The notes below the pieces were generated by a model. The model had not been told where the DNA came from. It saw only the letters and a program-made list of their open reading frames with translations, and ran no database searches. A stretch of DNA of 64,000 nt from Adineta vaga (taxonomy: Eukaryota; Animalia; Rotifera): the NCBI GenBank assembly GCA_021613535.1, contig CP075493.1, forward strand, positions 12,214,001-12,278,000, read 5' to 3'. Positions 51,983-64,000 of this stretch are shown piece by piece. The translations under genes were made by a program, and so were the position numbers. Every line of letters begins with the position of its first letter. Positions within the stretch are counted from its first letter, which is position 1.

Positions 51983-54900
51983 ATGAATAATTCTTCGCTT
52001 ATTCTTGAACGAGATGCAAATACTGAGGATGATAATCTGCAGAAACCTAATATTTATCTTCGTCATTTACCATCTCCTCAATCAATTCCAAAACAAGCAC
52101 ATGATTTCTTTGAAGAAATTCGAGAAAATCTATCACGTACAATTCAAGCTGGTGAATTTCAGCCGGGTTTTATTGTTTGGACAAGAAAATTGAAAGAATT
52201 CATTTCACTCTATGGATTCTATTTTACTAAAATCGATCATGTGAAACTTATTAAATACTATTTATCTATCGTATCGACAACTGATTTAAGTTATTCTGTT
52301 GCACAAATCTGTTTTGAATTACTTATGGATCTATTGCAGTACGTATTGCTTTTACTGCAAAGAAGTCCTCTATTCTTGGCGAATATTTTTCAGATATGTT
52401 CATTTGATTTTACGAGATGATTTAACAATTGACTGGCACATATTCTATCGATGGTTAAAGCTTGTTAAAGATTATCAACATAAAAGTTATCTGATAGTAT
52501 CATTACCCAAGTTCGTATAATAATTAGTCATTAAAAAGATAATTTATTCTGTTATTTTTTTTCAAGAGAATTCGAATTGTCGATTATTCAATGCACACAG
52601 TCGGCTTCTCCATACTTCTCATCCACAGCTACTCAGGAAATTCTCGACGAAGTTCGTCCACAATTATGTCCTTTTGATTCGATTTCTATGTGTAATGCAA
52701 TGCAAGTTTTTGATTATTTTCTACCTCTTCATCTACCACCACATTTACACAATCAAGGATTTAAGTATGTTTATCTCTTTTTCTCACTCTATTCATCACT
52801 ATTATAATGCGATTTAGATTATGGTTTTCGGAATTTTTTGGTATCTGGGCGAATATTAATAACGAAACTGTATGGGAATTAGTAAGTATGATTTATAAGT
52901 AAAAGCGATGTTTCGAATTTTGAATAATTTAATTTAGTATCTGGTGAACATTTTCTCACAACTCGCTTGGTATAATATAGGTCACATCGATTGGAATCAA
53001 TGGTTAAATCAGGTTTGGTCATTTTTTCGTGTATCTTTCGTTTTTCTGTATTCAATTCGTTCCTTACTAGATTTTTACACATTTTCTACGAGGATTTTCA
53101 TTACCTATTGGTCAAGCACAAAAAACGACGAAGAAACTCATCTATTCAATGGAAGGCGTTGCACAATGGATTGTTGCTATGATTGGTAATGGAAATTCAT
53201 GTCTTCAACATTTAGAAGACCTCCTCATTGCCATACGAAGTTTTTATTATCCATCGAATACAGGATATTTTCAAAAACAATTGGTCGATTTTCTTTTCAA
53301 TCTTACTCAACAATTTGTCAATCGAGTTCACTTGTAAGTATAAAAAAAAAGATCAATGTAGGAAGTAAACAGACAACAATTATGAACTATTTTAGAGAAC
53401 GTCAAACTCGTTCTATTTGGTTCTTCGCACCACCTGAATCTCATCGACTTACTGAACAGGATATTACTGATTTTGTCAATTGTATCAAAGAATATACATT
53501 TATATCCATATTTAATAAAGATTATTCAGAAAAAGCAGCTGAAGTTTGTCAATTTCTGTCTGTATTACGACCGGAACTGATCATTCCATCCATTGTTGAC
53601 AAGTTTGTTATGATTTGAATTCTTTTCATGACTTCGAGCTCATTTCTCTGCTAGACTATTCATATCAATCGATGATATTGATGAAGCACATCGTTTTACA
53701 TCATTGATGTATTGTGTAACACGTATAAGTCGTCAATTAGTACGACAAACACCTTCCTATTCTCATGGACAAACTTATGTTGTACCATTACTTTTATCTG
53801 TTTTACCCGGTATTGATGTCAATGATATCGATAAAACAGCAGTAACAATAGATCTTCTCGATGTTATTCTCATGCTTATTACATGTGTCGATTGTTCATC
53901 AGCATTAGCAGTTCGAAATGATCTCACTGAAGTATGTTATATTTAATTTACAATAGGGAATGATACTTTTCCATCTCTTCTATGTATAGATTGAAAAAGA
54001 AGTTTGTTTATCGACGGCAATGTTTGAAGAATTCATCACACGATTTCTCGATGAAATATTTGAAATAATCGATAGCTTAGCAACAGATTATATGGATGCG
54101 CCAACTATCAATGATCATCCAACAGAATATGATATATTTCAAAGGAGATTAATATCAATTATCACCAGTATTGTTCAACATTGTAGTAGTAATCTTTTTC
54201 GAGTATGTATCTGTTGAATCTGTGACTTATTTAGAAGATGTATGTGTATATTTTCAGATAGTTCGACAGAAGATAGTAAATTTTGTAACTGGTTCAGTTT
54301 TTGTATCGAAAGCAAAATTATTAGTCATTGGTCTTGTTCGAGCGATTGTCAAATGTCATCCTGAAGAAACTCTAAAATATCTATTACCACAAACATGTCA
54401 AACAATCGAAAGGATCTTTGATAAAGCAGAAAGAAATCTATTAATCGATGATAAAGGTGATCAAGAATTAACTTGGCATTTATATCTATTTGCTGAACTT
54501 GTTCATGCTCGTGGTGATATTTTATTGATGTACAAAGAAATGATACAAACTTGCTTCCACAGTTGTATTCGTATTCTTCATGCCGATTCTTATGAAACTG
54601 TAGCTCTAGCAATCAAAAATTTACTTCAATCACTTCTAAACGTTTATCCTATCGAATTTGGTCGAATTGTAGAAAATCTCGATGAATCATTCGTAGATTT
54701 TCTACCTATTCGAGTGAGTGCATACTTTACTTTTTCACACACAAATCATTGGCCATTGTTTTCTTTAGACATGGGGACAAAATGCTGAATTTGATCAATT
54801 TCAAGTTCATTATCATATTCCCAATATAGATGAAATTAATTTTGCTTGCAACTTTATCAATACTTTCCTCTATGCAGAATTATCGTTATTGAATGATACA

Positions 54901-57900
54901 GATTCAAAATTATCCAAACAGGACCGACGACGATCACTTACCATTATTCATAGTATAGCTCTAGGATGTTTTCGCATCGTACCACGTATTGAAAGTAAAG
55001 AAATACCAGATTTGTAAGGATGAAAACCTTTCTCATGAACATATAGTTAGATGATTTTTGATTATTTGCATAGATCTCAATCAGTGATATCCTACGATTC
55101 ACAATCTCAAAGTCGATATTCAATCTATTATCAAGATTTGAAACCAGGTTTATATCACTTAGAAAAACAAAAATATTAATTCATCTATTCTTGTAGAATT
55201 TCGTGAGAACTTACGAATGCGTTTACTCCTTGACATTGGCAACTTACTTGGTAAATCAATTTCATACATTAATGAGTATATTACGAATAAAGTTCTTCCT
55301 TTCTCTCATCATTTATAGATAAGCTCATTGAAAATCAACCGAATGATGTTTTATCAATACGAGAAGCTCTCTCCGTAAGTATCGTAATAGAAGTATTAGA
55401 CATTCTCTAGAAGTTTATACATAGATTTGTATATTAACATCCGAATATTATGGCATATTTTCTCGTGATGTTATCGAAAAATATGAAGAAATTCTATCTA
55501 TAACAGAAATAGTTCTCAATCCAATTCTTGGTAAACGAGATTTTCCTCGCTTTTTAAATATCAAACAGATGGAATTAAAACTTGAAGAATTCGAAATACA
55601 TAATTTTCGTTTATTAACCGAAATTGACAAACAAATTGGATTTAAATTATTTGATTTATCAATCAGTCCATATAGAGAGGTAAAAATACAGGATAAAATC
55701 ATTCAAAATTCGCTTCTGTTTTTTCTTTTTTATCATAAAGATTCGTTGTAAAGCACAAGATGAATTGTTTCATTTTATCGAACATTATAATTTATCATGG
55801 ACAATCTTTATTAATCGTATTGTTGAACAACTAAATGCATCTGGCGATATTCATCATCATCAAATTAAGGTTCTACTCTTTTCTTGTATTTATCTTTTTA
55901 TCATTTTATCGTATAGGGTTGTTTGTATATTCTGCTTGGCAATGACAAATTCTTCTTACCAATCAAACATTCATGGACAATGTTGAATGAAATCTTGCCA
56001 TTAATTGTTCGTCGAAATCAAACAAATCGATTTAGTATTCAAAATTTAATTGAACGTATCCAACAAAAAATTGAAGCCGAATTCGAAACACAAACACTCA
56101 TTCCTGATGTTGATCATCAAGCTGTATGTGGAGCGATTGAACTATGGTATCCATTAGAAACTAATGAAATAGAAACCAGTAAACAAATATGTAAACAACA
56201 TCGTGAAATTAATCTTCTATCGTACTATCATTTAATTGATAAACTTCATTCACTACTTCGAGATAAAACTTTGTATGTGTATAATTGAGTTCTCATCATA
56301 TTTATATAGATTAATGTTTATATTTTAGATCATGGGGACAGGAAAAGATTGCCATATCATTTTTATGTCTACTTATTCGAAAAGATGCACCATTATCACC
56401 GACATGTATTGAAACATGTACTAATTTTCTTATTCATGATAATGCAGAATTACGAGAAGTATGTCATACAATTTGTGTTCTATGATTAAATAATTCAGGT
56501 GAATATTTTTTTTTCAGTATGCCTTTAAAATTGTTACAGCATTGTGTCATATACAAAAACCATCTCGTATATACCTCGAAAAATCAACGGATGAACTCCT
56601 TTCTAGTGCAGATCAATCACTGGAAAAGATAAGCAATGATAAATGTCAGGCAGGTGTACGCGATGATAATTTATGGATAACATTCAACGACTATGAACTA
56701 CCAAAAACACAAAATGAATGGGAAGAAACATGTTTTTTGAATAAAATTTATTATGGATATTATCAATGGCCAAAGAGAATCAAGTATGCTATGAATAAAC
56801 GAGAACGTTACACTTCTAATCAAATGCCAAAACAAGTATCGATCATATTCGATCGATTTATGGATAAAAATTTCATCATTCGATTGGTCAAAGTCAATGT
56901 GAATAACGAAAATACGAAAAGATTCAACAAAAAGCGTTTCTCAATGTTTAAAGTAAATCGAATATCATTGAAAATGATAATCGTTCAGTTTACGCTTCAT
57001 TCTTAGAGTCTCTTTCGTAATTTTGGTCTTGCATTTATCGACAATTTCATCGAACAATTGCATCTACTCATTCGTCGAAAGACTCATGCAAAACAAGAAC
57101 ATCAATTAGCAGCTGAAATTATCGCTGGCATGATTCGTGGTTCTAAATATTGGACGTTAGATATGGTAAGAGAACAAATCGTATTTAATCATTCATTTTC
57201 AATAAAACGAATTCATTTTAGCTTAATGAACTTTGGGAAAAACTGACACCATTTCTCGATGAAGTTTGTGCCAATCTCAGTCCTGATTTATTCGTTTATT
57301 GGGGTTCTTGTTTTCAATTTAGTATGGTTAGTTATACGTTCAGTTTGAATTAAATCTTTTTCTTTTATACAAATTTATTGTATTTAAACAGGAAAATCAA
57401 GATCCTCGTCGAATGTTTCATTCTATCAATTTCCTTCTTGGATTGATCAACAACCAAACATGGATGAATACGTTCAATGAAGCATCTCGTTGGTATTTAG
57501 TTCAGAGTCTCGCAGTTTTTCACTGGCGAATTCCATCTGTTTGGTGCACTATCTATGAACGAGCCAAGGAATTAATTGATCATCCATCTAAATTAATACG
57601 ACAAATGATCACTATGTAAGAAGAAAAATGTCATATAAATCGAATGTAATTCTTTGTTGCTAGTGTATTACCATTAACACTACAATTTGATTTGACACTG
57701 TTTGGAGGAAAATCAACATATTATCCTACTTTTAAGGAATTGATTGATGATACACGTGAAGGATTAGATCGAGCCATAGCAATTTGTGGAAGCAAATCAC
57801 GAAGTAAAATGTTGATTATCGAAAAATTTGACTGAATAAAAACTTTCTTTTAAAAGTTAATCATGCTGCAGAAACTGGTGTACTTGACAATGAAGTTCAT

Positions 57901-59046
57901 CAAGCATTGAACTTGATCCAATCAGGTAGGCATACGCATGACAAAGGTATTCAATTCATTTCCTTTGAATATAATCTATAGTCGTTGCAATACAAGGACA
58001 ATTGTTTGCTTTATGTCATCAACCGATAAGAGATACGACTCTTCAAATGTTTTCCTATGTAAATTTGTTTTTTTTTGAATAACAACCATACGATCAAGTA
58101 TTTTATTTTCACTATTGGTTGTTTATAGTTCTGCGATATTGGAAGTATTACATTTAATGATGATGATGGCTTCAAAAATCATTTAATGAGCATTCGAGCA
58201 TTTATCGGTATGGCTTATTTACATACAGATCTAATCGAAGTACTCATTGAACAGATTGAACATGTACGCATTTAGATACATCACGAATTGATTAAAACTA
58301 ATTTTTGCATTCTGTAAACGTATAGGTATGTACAAAAAGCAAATGGCAAGCACGTTTAGCCGCTTTGGAATTTATTCAATATTTCGTCTTTTGTAATCTA
58401 TTTAATATTCGTTCATATGTTCAACGATTACATAAACTTGTATTTACATGTTTATTTGATGAACGATTGGAAGTACGTTTAATAGCATCAACGACTCTGG
58501 CGGGTTTCTATCAATGTGGTTATATTCCAGTAACTGATACAGATCTGGTAGGCGAGATTTCGTTTGAGTTTACGTTTTCTAATTGAATGAATTGACAAAT
58601 AGAAACACTTTCGAAAAATGAGCAAAACAGCTTATCGTACGATCGTCAACGGCGAGAAAGTTATATCTGCCAAAGATATTGTCAAAAGACACGGTGGTAA
58701 GTGGAACTTTTATTACTATTCATTCTATATTGTTTTCTCACATTAGGAATCTTGGGTTTATGTGCCATTGTTCAAGCAAATCCGTACGATATTCCCGATT
58801 ATGTACCAGATACATTAATGATACTCTGCGAACATTCACATGATCCACATCTCATACAAGTAAGTTATATTCTAACTATCGCTATGCGAATATATCAACT
58901 CATGAATTTAGCGATCTATAAAACAATGCCTGTCTGAATTTCGTCGTACTCATCACGATTCATGGCATGAACATCGAATGAAATTCACTGGTGATCAACT
59001 TGGTATTTTAGTCGATGTACTTATTTCACATAATTATTATGTTTAA
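51983..59046 (+). CDS. PSME4: Proteasome activator complex subunit 4 (PA200/Blm10), divergent, multi-exon (more than 25 exons)
   Basis: Recognisable blocks: LQKPNIY, YGFYFTKIDH, RPQLCPFD, FLPLHLPP, NIGHIDW, LPGIDVND, GVRDDNLW, YYGYYQWP, AGMIRGSKYW, DERLEVR, KRHG|GILGLCA..PYDIP, FRRTHHDSWHEH, and C-terminal HNYYV*. Not every exon was checked for lesions. Confidence 0.92.
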
Positions 59047-59205
59047 AAAGTACAATAATAATCATGACTTTTTTTGTTTATTTTGCTGAAAGCTTATTTA
59101 TTTTTAGTGTAAATACAGATGAAAGAAATTTAATTCGATCTTGAGGATGATGGACAGGGATAGTGAAAGAGAAGATAGAGTCAATTAGACTCTCATTTAG
59201 AATAA

Positions 59206-60257
59206 TTATTTAGAACTTGAAATACATCGATAGTAAACTGAACCTGTAGTTGGTATTGATTTTGTATCTTCATATATGTAACTTGTTTCAAATGCTGTAA
59301 AATCATGTCTCTTATCGAAACTTGATTGTAGAAAAGTATGAGCGTCTCCTTTTGTTGGGACATGTTCATAAGATGAATAGCGAAGAAGAACATACGCATT
59401 TCCAACAACTAAATTTGTCATTTTAACAATTCCGATCATCTCTATTGGATCTTCATTGAAATCTGGATTGGGTTCTTCACAAGCAGAAACTGATAGATGA
59501 ACGGGTACTGTCACTTGATCTTCATCTACAATTCCAGTAATAGCGATCCCATAGTCAATCTATGGAAAGAATAATTCAAAATTATCGTCATACCATTAGC
59601 TTTAAAAAGATGTTTCACATTCAATGGTATGCATCCATATTCCGCATAATCTTTGTCACAAATACTCTTTTTCGTTGATCCAAATTCTTCTTCATTCATA
59701 CATCGTTTCATTTCATTTTTGTCAAATAAATCGTAATATATAAGTTCATCCTTTGAATCATATTCATCTTCATTTTCATATCGTATACCAACTGCTGGCA
59801 CAATATGATCGTACTCTTCAAAGCCCGCACCTTCAAGACAGACACCAAATATTACTGGATGTCCATATAAAATCGATCGTTTCATCCAACGACAAAAAGA
59901 TCGAAATTGTGGTTGGGAAGAATTCACCCAATCCCATTCGTTATAGATAAAGTGTAGGACAGACAATGTATGAAGTGGATCTCGACAGTCGTCTATTGAT
60001 GTTTTTTGTAGAAGATATTCACCATTATTTATGATTCGAATAAGTTTTTGAGAAATCCAAGCACCATAATACAAACCTAACGATAGAAGATTTATTAATT
60101 TGTGTAAATTTATCATTCGCTACGAAATACCAATCGATTGAATAGCTGTTTCAGCACAGAAACCATTGTCATTATCCCACTGTAATCGAGGAGGAATATT
60201 AAGTCTTATCATCTGGCGTTTGATGCTGTTATTCTTTTCTTCTAAATCGGTTGACAT
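59206..60257 (-). CDS. Uncharacterised protein with a putative papain-like (C39-like) Cys-His-Asp triad
   Basis: ATG 60257; introns at about 60078-60131 and 59560-59618. PPRLQWDNDNGFCAETAIQ..GHPVIFGV..YDHIVPAVG..IYYDL. Confidence 0.65.
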
Positions 60258-61773
60258 TATCTAAATAAAAAAAAGACACATTGTTGTATAAAATTATGTT
60301 GGTTAACCACCTATTCGTTTGATTGTGTTGCAATTATGCAAAAAACATGCAATTCTTCACTAAAATTTGTCAGGAGCGATCAAAGAAGACTGAAATATTG
60401 CCGAGAAGTCGACAAATACCGTGTGAATTGAGTGTTTCTTTTTCTCTTCTTCAAATGCGAGTAAGCAATAACAAACATATTATATTTTTTTCTTACATGT
60501 AGTTGTGCAATACAAATTTAGATAGTGCATGCATGTGATGGATGCGTATGTATCTTTTTTTTAAAATTTTGGATCTATTCAAATACCGATAACAATTGAA
60601 CGTGTTTGACGTGAGTATTCTGATAATTCACTGCACAAGGTATAACCACTGATTGAGCTTATTCTTTCTTTCATGGTTGTATGAAATCGAATAGTTGTCG
60701 TCATAAGCAGACAATCAATGATAAAACACCCTCTGTTCAATAACTAGAACTATGCATACATCGCCATTCTATTATTCTTGTTATATTTGACAAAGAAACA
60801 ACAATGATGGCATCTACAGTCTCGTCATATGTGAGAAATCGACATTAATAACGCTTCAGACAGTAGTATCCGAAAAAACCATTACTGTTAGTTCGCGTAG
60901 CGTCACAACCACGCAGTCGACATTTGTAAAGCTGTTTTTGATTCGACAGAGACACAATTAATCGGAAATGGAAACTATCACGGGATTAATGGAAATTCAA
61001 AGCATTGTTACAGATGTGTTACACGGTAGAAGCAACTCATTATTAACACTAAAAGGTACTGCACGTAGGAGAAAGTAAGAACAGTTTTGGCCAAGAACAT
61101 AAGAGTATACTTTTCTGAGGATGAGTGTGGGTAATACTCTTCTTTACACCCTCAAGATCCACACCCACATCCTTGTCAATTATCAATCTGTAAGTTTTGC
61201 AAAGTATACTGTAGATCCAACCAAATTTAATAGCGATGGAACCTATTTTTCTTAACTCTCCATCAAATATATAGACTTTTCCTGCATGTCTAATGCGTTA
61301 CATTTTAAATCAATTTTTAACTGTTTCGATTTTTATATCTCTCAAGAAAAATAAAAAAGTGAATCAACTATTATGATTGAACAATCAAATACAATTTTCG
61401 TTTTTTATTGTCAATTACTTTTCTCATTGCTGTCTGCTCTCTTTCCCTTCGTTGTGATATCATCTTCTATTGTTACGGTTCATGCGCCGAGGTTACATAT
61501 AACATAAAATTTCTCCTTCTTCATGAGACGAAGTACAGTCTAATTTTTGATTAATTATGAAAGTTTATTTCTTCGGAACCCTTGGTATATACGTTTGATA
61601 TCTAAAACAGTCGTAAGTTAACAATGAGACTGTAAGCTTTCTAAAAGGTTCTTTAATATATTATTTCCATTTTAAAAATGATTTGAAATTGATAAGATTT
61701 ATCGATATTGTTCGTTTACCCTTGCTTTTCTTATTCTAGATACTAACGAAATCTAAGTATCAGTGAGTTCACA

Positions 61774-62943
61774 ATGATTTCTATCATCTTCTTATTTACA
61801 TGGCTTTCCGTGGTTGTTGTTCACAGCACGAACTATTCAAGATGGATGGCAGATAACTCAGCGTTACTCTCATCCAAGACATTGGGAAGTATATGTTTGA
61901 TTGCAACACACAATTCGGGTGCATATAATCTGTCAAATAAGATCATCAATATCGATTCGTATGGACCACCATTTACGACCTTGTACAATAGTCTTGATGA
62001 TGTTGCCTTTGCTACCGGTCAACCTCTCAATCATCTCGTCGGATTATTTACAGCTGGTATTCGAGCTAGTAGTGAATGCACTACGAAAGACATTTATTCA
62101 CAATTGATGGACGGTAATCGAGCATTGGATCTTCGTGTATTCATATTTGAGAACGATATTTATATAGCACACGCACTACAAGGACCTTCCCTAGTTAATG
62201 TTCTAACACAGATTTGGAAGTTTTTGCAAGGAACAAATGGTGAAATTGTATTTATAACCATGGGACATCCGTATGGATTCAATCAAACCTATATCGATCG
62301 ACTTGCTTTCCTTCTGGAACCATTTCTTATCAGCAGAATTGCTATCACACCGGCTAGCTATCCAGGAGATCTATTGAGTTATACGTATGCACAACTCGTT
62401 ACGAATCGTTCTTCACGTGCTATTTTCGTAATTGATAATAGCATCAATCCTGATGCCAATTCTTTCTTTTCCACTTCACTTTATTCACCACCGAATGGAG
62501 GTAGTAATAAACTATATGGATTTTATACCAACAGTAATGATATTGCAGTTGTGATCAACAATCAGACTGCTAACTATGCTCGTTCTCGAGAAATTCTAGC
62601 ACCAGCAGCTATCTATATGACGCTGACGCCGACATATAATGATGTGGTCAGTATAATCAATACTATCGTAGCAGATTTGCGTCCACTTATGAAATCGCTC
62701 GCACTCGCTATCTTTCGAAGAGCATTGATGACCGAAAATATCGATGATCTCAATCTTACCTATACGTCACTTTATGATATCTACGTTCAACAGAATATGA
62801 TTGCAAGACGTGCTAATATCGTGGCAAATATTCAGCCGCGAATACCATCTTCAACTAAGAATAGTATTTTTCTCATCTACACAGATTTTTACGAGAACAA
62901 TAAAGACATGATCGATTTCGCTATTTCGTTCTCAACCAAATAA
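61774..62943 (+). CDS. Secreted PI-PLC X-domain (PLC-like phosphodiesterase) protein
   Basis: Signal peptide; WMAD..LGSICLIATHNSGAY, QLMDGNRALDLRV, IAHAL (both catalytic His), GEIVFI. Intronless. Confidence 0.85.
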   Translation: MISIIFLFTWLSVVVVHSTNYSRWMADNSALLSSKTLGSICLIATHNSGAYNLSNKIINIDSYGPPFTTLYNSLDDVAFATGQPLNHLVGLFTAGIRASSECTTKDIYSQLMDGNRALDLRVFIFENDIYIAHALQGPSLVNVLTQIWKFLQGTNGEIVFITMGHPYGFNQTYIDRLAFLLEPFLISRIAITPASYPGDLLSYTYAQLVTNRSSRAIFVIDNSINPDANSFFSTSLYSPPNGGSNKLYGFYTNSNDIAVVINNQTANYARSREILAPAAIYMTLTPTYNDVVSIINTIVADLRPLMKSLALAIFRRALMTENIDDLNLTYTSLYDIYVQQNMIARRANIVANIQPRIPSSTKNSIFLIYTDFYENNKDMIDFAISFSTK

Positions 62944-63665
62944 GAATACCCACTTTGACAACGAGTGAAAGATCGAACTTACTATCAGTCATTACTATTT
63001 GGACATATTACTTCAAAAAAAGTTTTTTTTAAGTTCCTTTGAATATAAACTATTATTTTCATTTTGCGCTGACACTCGCTAATCAAACAGCCAAGTATTA
63101 TCAAAATATAGAAAGGCTTCTTTTTCCAACTGAAAAGAAGCCTTTTTATGAAAGAAGTAATGCTTTGTTGGAAACAAATGAATTTCACTTCCTACTACTG
63201 CTGTATATTTATCAATTATTTTTCTTTAGAACAGCAACATGTATTTATTCATAAAAATCAAATCTGTAATCATATTTTAGTATCTATCGACCTATTAGAG
63301 TATGAGATATATCAGTTATCAACAAATACGTCACAAAAAAAAGAAAAATAGTGGAGTATTTATAGTTACATAATTTTATCGAATAATGATCACAAGTTAT
63401 ATAAAGAGAACAAGATATGTACACATTTTCTCTTTCTTTATTCCACTTATTGATCTAATGTTTACTTTATTTTTATCATCAAACGAGAGTGCTTCACATA
63501 CTTACTATCTTTCTCTTTCCTTCTTCATATATTTCAATACCCATTTAAAACACATTACCATTCTATTTCTTTTCTCAATCGTTATCTTCTCACATCGTGT
63601 CAAACGATAGATCGTTTCTGATCCAGTATAACACTATATACACACATAAATTTGAAATTATCATC

Positions 63666-64000
63666 ATGGTTGGTACCATCACTGGCGATATAAATTATCT
63701 TGATTCTACAATAGATGGACGTCCTCCTTGGTCAATACAACTTTCAATACCAACAACAATGCGAACAAATTTTGCACACTCACCTATTTATGTTCCCATT
63801 CATGACTTACGAGGCAAAGAAAATAGTGTTAATCTCGACACAAATGCTCTCGAAATCGTCAATTACAATGGTTCTATACAAAAAGAATTCGGAGATGGTA
63901 GTGAAGAACAAAAGGCGTATTATAAAGAAATTGAAGAATTTCTTAAGAAGCATCTAGGCGCTACCCATGTGATTATCTATCATCATAGTATTCGTTCTCG
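63666..64000 (+). CDS. CmcJ/NvfI/AsaB-family oxidoreductase, 5' part (runs off the window)
   Basis: Open frame from ATG 63666 to the end of the window, absent from the ORF track: INYL..VPIHDLRGKENSVNLDTNALE..YYKEIEEFLKKHLGATHVIIYHHSIRS. Confidence 0.8.
   Translation, partial: MVGTITGDINYLDSTIDGRPPWSIQLSIPTTMRTNFAHSPIYVPIHDLRGKENSVNLDTNALEIVNYNGSIQKEFGDGSEEQKAYYKEIEEFLKKHLGATHVIIYHHSIRS

Noticed and set aside
60780-61180. Slightly GC-richer stretch with a weak hairpin near 61118-61172
   Set aside because: No sustained ORF and the pairing is too imperfect to call an RNA or element.
1-64000. Prokaryotic contig, CRISPR array or alternative genetic code
   Set aside because: GT-AG introns explain the ORF fragmentation, long standard-code ORFs end normally, and no repeat-spacer array is present.

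Overview
This is AT-rich, gene-dense eukaryotic DNA with many short (about 45-70 bp) GT-AG introns. The gene content (ART+TPR proteins, F-box/LRR-like proteins, NHL and FG-GAP repeat proteins, intronless orphan GPCRs, a divergent PSME4, many bacterial/fungal-type enzymes) strongly suggests a bdelloid rotifer; this is inferred from family content, not from a search. The main result comes from manual splicing of 1-10010. It resolves into three head-to-tail paralogues, each encoding DUF4590(ERICH3)-like domain, low-complexity linker, receiver-like alpha/beta domain, ADP-ribosyltransferase (ART) fold and TPR array. Only one copy keeps the R-STS-ExE catalytic motif. The genes are only about 80-90 bp apart and each ATG is preceded by a splice acceptor with no convincing donor, which suggests an SL-trans-spliced operon-like unit. 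The rest of the window holds about nine probable horizontally acquired enzyme genes, cathepsin L, a neuronal calcium sensor, TMEM45, PSME4, two large fold-back/MITE elements and about eight disrupted genes. Exon coordinates were read by eye and may be off by a few bases.
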